A DNA stretch of 64,000 nucleotides from Mizuhopecten yessoensis. Taxonomy: Eukaryota. Every line of letters starts with the position of its first letter. Within the stretch, counting starts at the first letter, position 1. Under the pieces are notes generated by a model. That model was not told where the DNA came from. It made no database searches and was given only the letters and a program-made list of their open reading frames with translations. Positions 39,881 to 52,648 of this stretch are shown in pieces. Made by a program: the position numbers and the translations under genes. The stretch spans positions 306,286-370,285 of the forward strand of contig NW_018480050.1 in NCBI RefSeq assembly GCF_002113885.1, read 5' to 3'.

Positions 39881-41535
39881 AAAACCAAGAGGCCCAGAGG
39901 GCCTGTATCGCTCACCTGAATATTTTTTAAGCAGTCATATCAAAATATTCTCATTAAATATTATACTGTACTACAAATATTTCACTCGCAAACTTTGTTG
40001 ACACCATCAGTTGAAACTACCAGTCAAATATTATTATATGATTCTTCGCTTTTTGGTTCTTCTTCAGAAGTTGTTTGAAGTGTTTGACATATTTTTTCCC
40101 CTGTTACCTTGTAAGTAGGTCAAGGTCATTTTCCTTCACAAACTTTGCCGGCTCTATTCCAAGAAGCTACCAGCTAAATCTGAAGAATCCATTCCTTTTG
40201 GATCTTCAGAACTAAGGATTTAAAATGTTTTTGACCTCTGTGACATTAAAAGTAGGTTGAGGTTCTTTTCATTTCCAAACTTTGGTGAGAAGCCACCGGA
40301 AAAATATTATGATTCTATGCCTTTCGATTATTCATCAGAAGTCGTTTGATGTTTTTGACATATTTGACCACTGTGACCCTGAAAGTAGGTCAAGGTCATT
40401 TTCATTCCTAACTTTGTCATGCTCAATCTTAAGTAACCAGCCAAATTTGAAGATTCTATACCTTTCAGTTCCTCCTCCTTAGTCGCTTGAAGAGTTTGAC
40501 CCCTGTAACCTTGAAAAAGGTCAAGGTAGTTTTCACTCTCAAACTTTGCCAGGCTCCATCTGAAGAAGCCACCAGCCAAATATGAAGATTCTATACCTTT
40601 CAGTTCTTCAGGAGAAATTGTTTGAAGAGTTTGACATATTTGACCGCTGTGACCTTGAAAGTAGGTAAGTCAATATCATTCTCAAACTTTGTCCGGCTCT
40701 ATCCCAGGAAGCAACCAGCCAAATATAAAAATGCTATCCCTCTCGGTTCCATCGAAGTCGCTTGAAAAGTTTGACCCCTGTGACCTTGAAAGTAGGTCAT
40801 GGTAATTTTCATTCTCAAAGTTTGTTTGGCTCTATCCCATTAAGTCACAAGGCAAATATGAAGATCATATTCAATTTAATTCTTCAGAAGGCTTTTAAAG
40901 CATTTGACATATTTGACGGCTGTGACCTTGAAAGAAGGTCAAGGTCATTTTCACTCTCAAACTTTGTCAGACTCTATCTGAGGAAGCAACCAAGTATGAA
41001 GATTCTATACCTTTCAGTTCTTCAGAAGAATTCGTTTGAAGTGTTTGAAACATTTGACCCCTGTGACCTTGAAAGTAGGTCAAGGTAATTTTCATTTTCA
41101 AACTTTGTCTGGCTCTATCCCAGAAAGCAACCAGCCAAATATGGAGATTTTATAACTTTGAATTCTTCAGAAGTCGTTAGAAGCATTTGACATAATTTGA
41201 CCACTGAGACCTTGAAAGTAGGTCAAGGTCATTTTCATTCTCAACTTTGTCAGGCTCTTTCCCAGAAAGCAACCAGCCAAATATGGAGATTTTATAACTT
41301 TGAATTCTTCAGAAGTCGTTGGAAGCATTTGACACATTTGACCCCTGTGACCTTGAAAGTAGGTTAAGGTCATTTTCATTCCCAAACTTTGACGGGCTCC
41401 TTCTAATGAAGATTTCAGCCAGATATCATGACTTTTGGCCTGTCTGTTCTTCAGAAAAAATTGTTTTAAAGGAAAAGTTGATGTATGACAGATGCCCCAC
41501 TATGACATAAGCTCACTTGCCCTCTTGGCTAAAAA
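39881..41535 (+). mobile_element. HINE-like element with internal repeats of about 130-143 bp
   Basis: Same terminus as 36761 (aagaggcccagagggcctgtatcgctcacctg). About 10 internal repeats containing tgaccttgaaagtaggtcaaggtca. Degraded end ataagctcact...ctaaaa. Confidence 0.72.
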
Positions 41536-42101
41536 TCTTTTTTTTTTTGTACTTGTCAATGCATATATACACTTTATGAAAACATTTGAAAAGGGATATT
41601 CGTCTTGTGAATATTCCTTTTTAAAGAAAGGTTTGTCCCATGGTTGAGGGAAGGTGCTTAGCCCCGTACCCATTTGTACCAGTCACAATCCGGTAAGAGA
41701 TATTTCCTGGTGTCTATAAATAATACTGAGATGCCACCAATTAATTCTTCATTTAAATTCTGAATATTGGCATGTGTGCAATTAACTTCTGATGATGAAT
41801 AATTACTAATTCAATAAGTTTCAATAGGGAATTAAAAATCATATTACTTGGTTTCATAGTGTGGTAAGAAGTTGAAGTTGCCTGATGGCCCCTCTCTGGG
41901 GGGCCCCTGGAAACTTTGCATCTCGGTCAGACCACCTGTGTTTACTACCTCGTTTCAAAACCGTTAGGCGACGTTATTGGCGCTATTTTTAACAGGGCTT
42001 TCCCGAACAATTCAAGTGGTCAAACTGGACATTTGGAACGTACTATGAATATGGGATAGCGAGGTAACATAAGTGGAAGTGCATTCAACACATACATTCA
42101 T

Positions 42102-42948
42102 TAACCAGAGGCCCATGGGCCTTAACGGTCACCTGAGTCCTACAATATTTATTTGTGTTGTTGAAATATGTACCAATTTGAGTAAAAATTGTGAAGTATA
42201 ACGTTAACTTAAGTTTGTCAGGACCATGAGCTGATCTTTCCTAGACCGATATTCAGTTAAATCGGCCTATTAGAACTTGTTTTAAGTATGAAATAGGTAT
42301 TTTCAAAATAGTGGCCATGGCAGCCAAATTGTATTTCTGATTGACCCGAAAAATAACAAAACTTTGTCAGGACCATGAGTCGATCATTCCTACAAAGTTT
42401 CAGTTCAATCGGCCTAGCAGAACTTGACTTAAAGTTTGAAATATTTTTTCAAAATGGCGGCCGTGTCAGCCATATTGAATTTCTGATAGACCCGCAAAAT
42501 AACAACATTATGTCAGGACCATGAGTCGATCATTCCTACAAAGTTTCAGTTTAATCGGCCCATTAGAACATGACTTTAAGCTTGAAATAGTTTTTCAAAA
42601 TGGCGGCCTTGTCAGCCATATTGAATTTCTGATAGACCCGCAAAATAACAACACTTTGTCAGGACCATGAGTCAATCATTCCTACAAAGTCTCAGTTCAA
42701 TCGGCCCAGCAGAACTTGACTAAGTTTGAAATAGTTTTTCAAAATGGCGGCCGTATTGGATTTCTGATCGACCCGAAAAACACTTGGTCAGGGAGATGTT
42801 AGTAACCTTCCCATGAAATATTAATGAAATCCCTTTGCCGGTATTTCAGCTTAAGTTGAAAATGTAAAATGTTAACGGACGACGCACGACGACGGACGAA
42901 GACGGATAGCAATAGGTCACTTGAGCTAAAGCTCAGGTGACCTAAAAA
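42102..42948 (+). mobile_element. HINE-like element with internal repeats of about 146 bp
   Basis: Starts aaccagaggcccatgggcc...ggtcacctg and has about 4 internal repeats. Ends with a (GAC)n-like tract and the hairpin aggtcacttgagc-taaa-gctcaggtgacct followed by aaaaa. Confidence 0.75.
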
Positions 42949-44491
42949 CAATATGACTTTTCACACGATGTCCCTTTAATGTAATGGCGCCTTTGTGGTA
43001 TGGATACTTCAGTTTGCGTGTACTGTGAAACCTTGGGAGACATAAACTTAGAAAATAAATGATAAAACAATCCCATAGTATCAAGCCTCTAAAGTAATGA
43101 CACCAAAAATCTGTTTATAGTAACGACCTCAGTGAGACAACGGACGGTAAACGTTATTATACCACAAGCTCACAGGCACTTTGTTCCAGAAGAGCAAAAA
43201 CGTACAGTACTGTAGCTAATATATTACATGATGGTGAAAGTTTTGACTCCCATGAGATGAATTTAATGTTTTCAGTTTTCTTTCAATAATCAATCATGCT
43301 TTGAATTTGTGTTGTTGATATTATGTAATAGTTTGATATTGTTTGAATACTGTATAGCGAAAAACTTGTGCCAAGTCTAATATTGGCTCTTTACTGTGAC
43401 AATCTGGATTGGCCCAGTGTTAATTACATCCTTCAATATACCGACTATAAACATATTGTATGTTGTGTTCTATTTGTTTTCATGATTTATATGGCATCAT
43501 TAAGGATGACGTAAATCGAAAAGTCGGACTCCAGCAAGTATTTCCCAGTACAGTATAAATGCCTTCTAAATCAATTTCAGGAAGCTAAGGGAAAATGCTG
43601 GGATTCATTGTCCATTTTTTAATTCCAAGAAACACATATTGGTACACAAGAACAATATATATTTATGATTCATTCACTCAGTACAGAAAACATTACCACA
43701 GATGTCTTCGAAAATTCCAGATAGTCATAAAAAATGTCTTCCAAAATGAAAATGAATGACAGCCAAGTTGATTAGCTACTGAAGCAATGAAATCAAACTG
43801 GCATAATGATAATATCACGAACAAATCACTTGCCCAAAGGCTTCATTTGATGTAGAATTTATAGAAATCATTTGAATGCCAAGAAATGAGGTAACTATGA
43901 AATACTGTATAGTTGATAACTTTGAATGCTAAATTTTATGCTCACTAAAATAGCCAACCACACATTATCATGAAATGCCACAATTTTTTGGGAAGACACA
44001 GGAGTTTTCGAAATCATCTTTTGTAGGTACAGTACATTTTGTACAGTGTATTTACAAATACTGAAAGTTTGTATTCCACTCATTTTTTCAATCAAGTAAT
44101 TTGCAATGAACATGTTTGTAATGTTTTCTCATCACTCCAAACATGTTTCTAACATCTTTTTATCTATACGGTTTCTTTCAACATATATCTACATACAGTG
44201 GACAGCATATTTTGTAGCACTATAGCATATATGCACAAGAACACCTGATGTGCAGACTTTCTTCACAAAAATACATAATCCTGCTCAACGACCGAATAGT
44301 CAAATAAAATTTCATAAAGACCTTCATTGGATCTGATGAGCAAATGAAACGACCATACAGTTTCATTAGAACAGTTTTAGCTGTAATATAAAAATTAATC
44401 TAACACTTTCTTTCCTTCAAAAATGGTTTCCAAAGCAATGTCTTGACGATCAAGTCCGAGTCGACCGACATTAAATCTTTTGTTCTCATAG

Positions 44492-47400
44492 TTATGTCCC
44501 TTCAGCCTTTTTTTCTGCCTTTTTCTTTGCTGATTTTTCTTTCTTTCTTTTTGCTAGAAAGCCTTCCATGTCTACATCAGGATAGACTTTGGTGATGACA
44601 CCATACCCTGTTGTGGTGTTGGCATCCCGGATAGTGAAACGCTGCCCAGCATCCACACACATGTTCTTCAGTAGATATATATCAACAGTGGCATCTTCTC
44701 CTGGCATCAAGATGGGCTTGTTTTCATCCAATTGAAAGAAAAATGGACATCGCCAAGTTGTACTGTACATCTGGGCTTGGGTGCCATCTATAAAGGGGTT
44801 CTTCCTTCCACCTTCCTCACGGTTTAACAGGTAAACTTTTGCCTGAATATTATTTCCTGACACAATGCTTCCCGGTTTACTGAGCGTCATTCCTTTTCTT
44901 GCTTCTTCCTTTTTCAGACCACGCAGAAGTGCTCCAAGCTGATCTCCAGCTTCAGCTCTCCCGAGACTTTTATTAAACATCTCGATTCCAGTAAGTGTGG
45001 TTTTTAAATTGAAACCATGACCCTTCAGCTCTACATCATCTCCTTTGTTCACAATACCACGCACAACCTGCCCGGACACAACTGTTCCACGCCCAGAAAT
45101 GGTGAATACACTCTCAACAGGCATAAGGAAATCTTTGTCAAGGTCACGTATCATGTCAGGGAGATAACTATCAACAGCATCAAGTAGTTCCCGGACTTTA
45201 TTAGCCCCAAGTTCATCGTTGACCCCGTCAAGAGCCTGCAAGGCAGATCCAATTATAACAGGAGTGTTTTCCCCATCAAAGCCGAACTCAGTAAGCGTTT
45301 CTCTTATTTCCATCTCCACTAATTCAATCATTTCAGCATCAGCTGCATCAGCCTTGTTTATAAACACTACGAGCTTGTCTATACCGATCTGTTTAGCAAG
45401 CAGAAGATGTTCTCTCGTCTGCGGCATAGTTCCATCTGTAGCTGCTACCACCAAAATACAGCTATCCATCTGGGCGGTTCCTGAAAAATATAGCAGTGTG
45501 TATAATCAGAAATAAGCAAACAACTTTATATATTCACTATAAAAAGTAGAACATCGACATGACAGGACGTACAGATGGACCTTTCAATATCGCACTATAT
45601 ATGAAGTAAATAGCAGGCAGGAAGACGGCAATACTATTATTTTCTAGTGAAGAGGTAATATCTTTAGGAACAGCAGCCTTGTAAAAGAATATATCCCTCC
45701 TGTGTGATATTGATGCAGGCAGAGAAATCTCAACCCAAGGGTAAGATGTCGAGGTTCTGTGTGAGGCTTTTGCCAAATGCTGAACTTCAAAAATTCTATC
45801 CCAAGTGTTCCTCTACCTCACACAGAATTGATGGGTGGTTTTTCTCCCGTGCTTCCCGTCATAAAAATCACTTTTAATTGTAAAACTAATGCACCGCACA
45901 AAAGTCTAGGCGTTTTACAATACAGACACATTGTCAGAATAATAGCATGTGTGAGATATATATATATATGTACAGATAGATTTGTCGTTTTCCTAGCAAA
46001 ACGGGAAAGCACTTATGAAATGTGAGAGAATATATACTTTCCTCCTAGCTTGTAAACTTTGTCTAAAATACAATTTGAAAATTAATAAACTTGAGCTTGA
46101 AAAACATGGTATTAGGATAACCAACAATCACCTTTTAGGTAACTTCTCTATTCCAAAATAAAGTAGTGCATTTCTCAATAAATATGTACCTCCTTAAATC
46201 AAATGTAATGTCTGTCTTCCTAACAGACAAATAAGACACATAAGTGAAAAAGCTACTCTTTAGATATTGACATCAGATAGTGATACATGGGCTTCCAATT
46301 ATCGTTTTAGCTATATATTTTGATTTCTAATGCCTATTATCTATGCCAGTATTTTGTTATTCAAATATGTAGTCGAATTGGCATTACAGTAGTGTTGATT
46401 TGAACATTTATATTTGAAAAATTTATGTAAAAAATATTTCCCTATACATAACTGGATTGTAATTCAAAGTGTATTGCAGTCTTGTGTGTTGTGAATAAAC
46501 AAGCACAGAAACTGGAAATGTACGAGCGCACTCCATGATACAATGGAATTGACTTGATGTCATTGAAGAGTAAGGAAAGTCATGATAATAAACTAAAATT
46601 AATTAATACACAATGTGAAGCACATTTCTCTTTGATTTTTTTTTGTTCCAATTCATTTATTCGTCAATTTCTCTGTATGTGCTCAGAAACTGGTCAGCCT
46701 ATGAACAATATTAAAATATTTAATTATGTTAAGGCGCTCGGGTCAGCCTATGTACGATACCAGATAATTTGATTATGTTAAGGCGCTCTGGTCAGCCTTT
46801 GTAGGATACCAGTTGACTTAATTATGTTAAGACGCTCTGGTCAGCCTATGTACGATACCAGATAACTTAATTATGTTAAGGCGCTCGGGTCAGCCTATGT
46901 TAGATACCAGATAAGTTAATTATGTTAAGGCGCTCGGGTCAGCCTATGTACGATACCAGATAAGTTAATTATGTTAAGGCGCTCTGGTCAGCCTATGTAG
47001 GATACCAGTTGACTTAATTATGTTAAGACGCTCTGGTCAGCCTATGTACGATACCAGATAACTTATTTATGTTAAGGTGCACTGGTCAGCCTATGTACGA
47101 TACCAGATAACTTAATTATGTTAAGGCGCTCGGGTCAGCCTTTGTACGATACCAGATAACTTAATTATGTTAATTATAAGGTGCTCTGGTCAGCCTATGT
47201 ACGATACCAGATGACTTAATTATTTTAAGGCGCTCTGGTCAGCCTATGTACAATACCAGATATCTTATTTATGTTAAGGTGCTCTGGTCAGCCTATGTAC
47301 GATACCAGATAACTTAATTATGTTAAGGTGCTCGGGTCAGCCTATGTACGATACCAGATAACTTAATTATGTAAAGGCGCTCTGGTCAGCCTATGTACGA

Positions 47401-50400
47401 TACCAGATGACTTAATTATGTTAAGGCGCTCTGGTCAGCCTATGTACAATACCAGATAACTTATTTATGTTAAGGTGCTCTGGTCAGCCTACGTACGATA
47501 CCAGATAACTTAATTATGTTAAGGCGCTCGGGTCAGCCTTTGTACGATACCAGATAACTTATTTATGTTAAGGCGCTCTGGTCAGCCTTTGTACGATACC
47601 AGATAACTTAATTATGTTAAAGCGCTCGGGTCAGCCTATGTACGATACCAGATAACTTAATTATGTTAAAGCGCTCGGGTCAGCCTATGTACGACACCAG
47701 ATAACTTAATTATGTTAAGGCGCTCGGGTCAGCCTATGTACGATACCAGATGACTTAATCATGTTAAGGCGCTCTGGTCAGCCTATGTACGATCCCAGAT
47801 AACTTATTTATGTTAAGGTGCTCTGGTCAGCCTACGTACGATACCAGATGACTTAATTATGTTAAGGGGCTCTGGTCAGCCTATGTACGATACCAGATAA
47901 CTTAATTATGTTAAGGCACTCTGGTCAGCCTATGTAGGATACCAGATGACTTAACTATGTTAAGGCGCTCTGGTCAGCCTATGTAGGATACCAGATAACT
48001 TAATTATGTTAAGGCGCCCGGGTCAGCCTTTGTACGATACCAGATAACTTAATTATGTTAAGGCACTCTGGTCAGCCTATGTAGGATACCAGATGATTTA
48101 ACTATGTTAAGGCGCTCTGGTCAGCCTATGTAGGATACCAGATAACTTAATTATGTTAAGGCGCTCTGGTCAGCCTTTGTACGATACAAGATAACTTAAT
48201 TATGTTAAAGCGCTCGGGTCAGCCTATGTCCGATACCAGATAACTTAATTATGTTAAAGCGCTCGGGTCAGCCTATGTACGACACCAGATAACTTAATTA
48301 TGTTAAGGCGCTCGGGTCAGCCTATGTACGATACCAGATGACTTAATTATGTTAAGGCGCTCTGGTCAGCATATGTACGATACCAGATAACTTATTTATG
48401 TTAAGGCGCTCAGGTCAGCCTTTGTACGATACCAGATAACTTATGTATGTTAAGGCGCTCTGGTCAGCCTTTGTACGATACCAGATAACTTATTTATGTT
48501 AAAGCGCTCGGGTCAGCCTATGTACGACACCAGATAACTTAATTATGTTAAGGCGCTCGGGTCAGCCTATGGACGATACCAGATAACTTAATTATGTTAA
48601 GGCGCTCTGGTCAGCCTTTGTACGATACAAGATAACTTAATTATGTTAAAGCGCTCGGGTCAGCCTATGTCCGATACCAGATAACTTAATTATGTTAAAG
48701 CGCTCGGGTCAGCCTATGTCCGATACCAGATAACTTAATTATGTTAAGGCGCCCGGGTCAGCCTTTGTACGATACCAGATAACTTAATTATGTTAAAGCG
48801 CTCGGGTCAGCCTATGTACGATACCAGATAACTTATTTATGTTAAGGCGCTCTGGTCAGCCTATATGAACGATACTTGATACCTTAATTATGTTAAGGCG
48901 CTCTAGACCAATGCTCGATATTGGTTTTCATTCCATGACGTTCCGGAAGTGATTGTGCAATAACAGTATTTAAACAAGAGTACCGTGGGGTGAAACAATA
49001 TACGCCCGTCGAATGCCATAAAGTGTTATATACTTTCTTACATTGAAATAACATCTGTATCATTCTAAGAGCGGTTAGCTGACATTCTATAAAAAGTGTA
49101 GGAGGTGATCTCCGGACAAAAAATCAAATACTGAAATGAACAAAGGGCAAAAACTTTTGCAAAAATCGACGAATCTAAAAAAAAACTTAAGGGAGACACA
49201 ACTTCATATCATGATTATAATGTATACCAAGTTTCACAAGTGATCCATTGAAAAATGTAGGAAGAGATTGCCGGACAAAAATCAAATACTGAAATAAACA
49301 AAGTGCAATAACTTTTGGAAAAAATTGTTGTATCAAAATTCTTTTAAGGGAGACACAACTTCATATCATGATTATAAGACATACCAAGTTTCAAAGTGAT
49401 TGGTTGAAAAATGTAGGAGGAGATTGCCGGACAGTTAATTCACTAAAACACCCGGAGGTAATTTTCTGTCAGCTATCAGTCATTTCCTTTGTGTTTGTTT
49501 ATATTTTGGTTTGTATTACTATTTTGGATGCTATTTGAAACAGGGATATAATTATAATTTGTCATCGTTGTATATATGATGAAAAACCAATAGCACTATT
49601 ATCTCTTTGCTCTTAATAACCATTTTAATGTGATAAAAAAATCTGAAACATGTATTGATTTACTTCTCCATATTTACAGAAAATGAAAATTAATTAATAC
49701 TCTCTATGGCATATCTGATATCTTTGAAATATAATCCACTATGATACAAAACCAATCATATATATACAAGGAAAATCGAAAGAAATGTAAAAATGCACAA
49801 AAAAACAATTGTATCAGGAAAGGTGGAATTATTTCGGACGTAATAAATAAAGTCATTTTTCACATATATATTGAAATTTGTTTATGAATAACTGTTGTTT
49901 TGTAATATAAAAATACTATAAAAAATACTAGGTTGTGAATAGTAATTACTTGATTAGTACTAAAGTTTATTTATATTGGAATGGAAAAACACACAAAAAT
50001 AAAAATAAACCTTGGCAAATAATTGTGATTATTTAAAACAAATGTACTTATTTTTACCAAACTCATTACTGTCTGAATTTCAGTTTTGGTAAAAATAAAG
50101 TACACTGTGACAGTTTAGTTCTGAAGCTGTTCCAGGAGAAAGAAAAAAATACATTTACCCAATAATAAATAATATTAAAAACACTTTTGTGTATTTAGTG
50201 TTTGTTTCGTCTTTGTCTATTTTAACTTTCTCTGTAACTAACAGAACGATTTACTGATTTCCCTTTGGGGGCCTCTGGACTAAAAGCAATACACTTTTGT
50301 TGCTTCTCTACGCATGTGCGGTGTTGTAAACAGTGATGGCGGACATCTCAAAATGAGATTTTGGGTACATTGGAAATAAGAATTATTGCGGTGATGTACA

Positions 50401-52648
50401 ATGCATTTATATCAGTTTTTTTAGTTGGATCATATAGCGGAAGCATTTATCTATTGGGAATTACAAGTTTCGTTGGCGATATAAATGTTCAATTACTATA
50501 AACCACGTGAGTACTTTGAACACTCACCATCTTCCATTTCATACATATTTATATAGGCGCTGTGCAGGAACTCTATCGTTATAAATCTCTGATTTAAATA
50601 GAGTTCCTACAGGAATTAGGCCGAGCCCTTAAGGCATTGAACCCTGTGACCAAGTTTGAAGAAAATCGTTTAACATTTGTTGAAGTTATTGCACGGAAAC
50701 GAAGGGCTGCAGATAATGACGTTTTTATTATTCAAAGGGCCATAACTCCAGGAAATGGGGTCCGCTAAAAATGGTCATCAAACTTGGCCGAGCCCTTGAA
50801 GCATTGAACTCTGTGACCAAGTTTGAAGAAAATTGTTTAATATTTGTTGTAGTTATTGCACGGAAACGAAGCATGACAGATGGACAGACAGATGGACGGA
50901 CAGACAGACAGACGGACAGACCCATAGTAATATCCCCCGTTTCGGTGAAAGCGGGGGATAAAAATAAGTTGTAAAAGTAACCAAGCTACTCCTAGTTTAC
51001 AGGTTGGGCACAACAGCGCATATGGGTAATAATCCTGCATTTATGTATAACAGTTACCAATTTGAGAAGTCCGAATTATTCTTATTATTTTTAACGACTT
51101 TTTCATATCGGTCTGTCGTCGATTAACGTCAGAACTCCGGCCCTCTATAACATGCGGGAAATATGCGACCCGCACCCGGAGCCCACTTCAAACTGATATT
51201 TTAGAAACAAATCGTCACTTTCACACACATGTCGCACATGGATCCAAAGATCTATTCTTTATGCACTAGGTGGTATCAACAGCATGTTTCAAAGATCATT
51301 ACGAAAAGTATGTTCCAACGTTTTCTATACCAACCCATGTTTTTAATGGAAATTAGGCCATGAGCAATGTCACATGACTTGATGAGATCTCGCGTTACCC
51401 AAGGTATTTCCCAACGTTATGACGTAGGCCGGTGAGAATTTAGTCACGTGGCATTAGAAGGCAGGGCTATCAAAAAACTACAGTAAAACAGAGTAAGTTT
51501 GAAAAAATATGTTTTTAGTGATTGTATTGGTTGTTTGAGGCATGTTATGTATGTTCATCTTGTGCATAAAGAATAGATCTTTCGATCCATGTGCGACATG
51601 TGTGTGAAAGTGACGATTTGTTTCTAAAATATCAGTTTGAAGTGCGCTCCCGGCTTGGGTCGCATATTTCCCGCATATCATAGAGGGCCAGAGTTCTGAC
51701 GTTAATCGACGACAGACCGATATGAAAAAAGTCGATAAAACGTCAGAATAATTCAGACTACCATTTGAGTAACAATTGTATTACTGAAATGGGGAATGAA
51801 GTGAAATAAAAACACAAAAGGTGTTATTCTTTCAACTCAATCCAATAAATAACACAATGAAGTACATTAGTGCACACACATTTATCAATTCTGATGTCAA
51901 ACTTTTTAGTGACTTTGTTCTTCATTGACTTTAGTGTGTAGGCATTGTTATTGGATGATAAATGTTGAAAGAATGACGCACTTTTTTGTACATAATCTGT
52001 AAAAGAATTTTGTATGTTTTTAGTTCATTTCAGTAATAAAATTGTTACCCAAATACAGGATTATTACTCATATGCGCCGTTGTGCCATCAGTAGATCGGG
52101 AGAATAGACGATTTAATAGTACCCAACCTGTTACAACATCTTTTTTTCCCAAGTGCCATGCATCAAAATATTATGGAATTGCGTTATTCATTGAAAAATA
52201 ACGAATTCATAATTCGTCAAAATAGGTAACGTGACCTCTCGTTAATACCTGTGATCATGTTTTTTATGTAATCGGCGTGGCCCGGACAATCGATGTGACC
52301 ATAATGGCGTTTTTCCGTATTATATTCCACTGTAGCGGTGTTGATGGTAATCCCTCGCTTTCTTTCCTCGGGTGCTCGGTCTATGTCATCATATTTAAGG
52401 AACTTTGCGCCCTTTTTTTGCGAAAGGACTCTGGTGATCGCGGCTGTCAATGTCGTCTTTCCGTGGTCCACGTGCCCGATGGTACCGATGTTCAAGTGTG
52501 GTTTTTCTCGCAAATATACCTTTTTCTGTCCCGGCGCTGGAGGCTTTTGAAAAAGAATGTTCGATAAAGATATTGCCCTTTTGCAAAGTGATAATTTGGA
52601 GCTTAGAAGCCTGTCGAAGAGAATTTGACGGGTAATAATCGACGCCAT
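44492..52648 (-). CDS. TUFM: Mitochondrial translation elongation factor Tu (462 aa)
   Basis: Exons 52648-52249 and 45480-44492, separated by one phase-1 GT-AG intron. Basic, Ser/Leu-rich transit peptide, then [44 protein letters not shown]|TAQMD, PQTREH, NKAD, GRGTVV, EEGGR, MPGE. An alternative in-frame ATG lies at 52666. Confidence 0.96.
46690..48905. repeat. 49-bp tandem repeat, about 45 copies, in the TUFM intron
   Basis: Unit taattatgttaaggcgctc(t/g)ggtcagcctatgtacgataccagataact with interspersed variants. Confidence 0.95.
48971..49432 (+). mobile_element. HINE-like element fragment with repeats of about 158 bp (same family as 62552-63370)
   Basis: Starts aaacaagag...tatacgcccgtc. Its repeat aagggagacacaacttcatatcatgattataatgtataccaagtttca is the reverse complement of the 62.6-63.3 kb repeats. 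Confidence 0.65.
50600..50963 (+). mobile_element. Terminal part of a HINE-like element
   Basis: Two internal repeats, a (GACA/GACG)n microsatellite, and the hairpin atcccccgtttc-ggt-gaaagcgggggat followed by aaaaa. Confidence 0.65.
51000..52130. mobile_element. Outer non-autonomous TIR element (possible TTA TSD, PIF/Harbinger-like)
   Basis: Termini caggttggg ... cccaacctg flanked by tta/tta. Further inverted match ggcacaacagcgcatatgggtaataatcctg / caggattattactcatatgcgccgttgtgcc. Confidence 0.55.
51067..51760. mobile_element. Nested MITE with TIRs of about 200 bp and a 9-bp TSD (Mutator-like)
   Basis: 51067-51266 is the near-perfect reverse complement of 51562-51760. Flanks are caatttgag and ccatttgag. 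Confidence 0.8.

Noticed and set aside
46690-48905. 49-bp TUFM intronic array as another junction array
   Set aside because: It lies more than 1.2 kb from either splice site and shares no sequence with the exon ends.
44492-52648. Bacterial tuf, contamination or horizontal transfer
   Set aside because: It has a spliceosomal intron, a transit peptide and metazoan mitochondrial features (AGDQLG, C-terminal extension).
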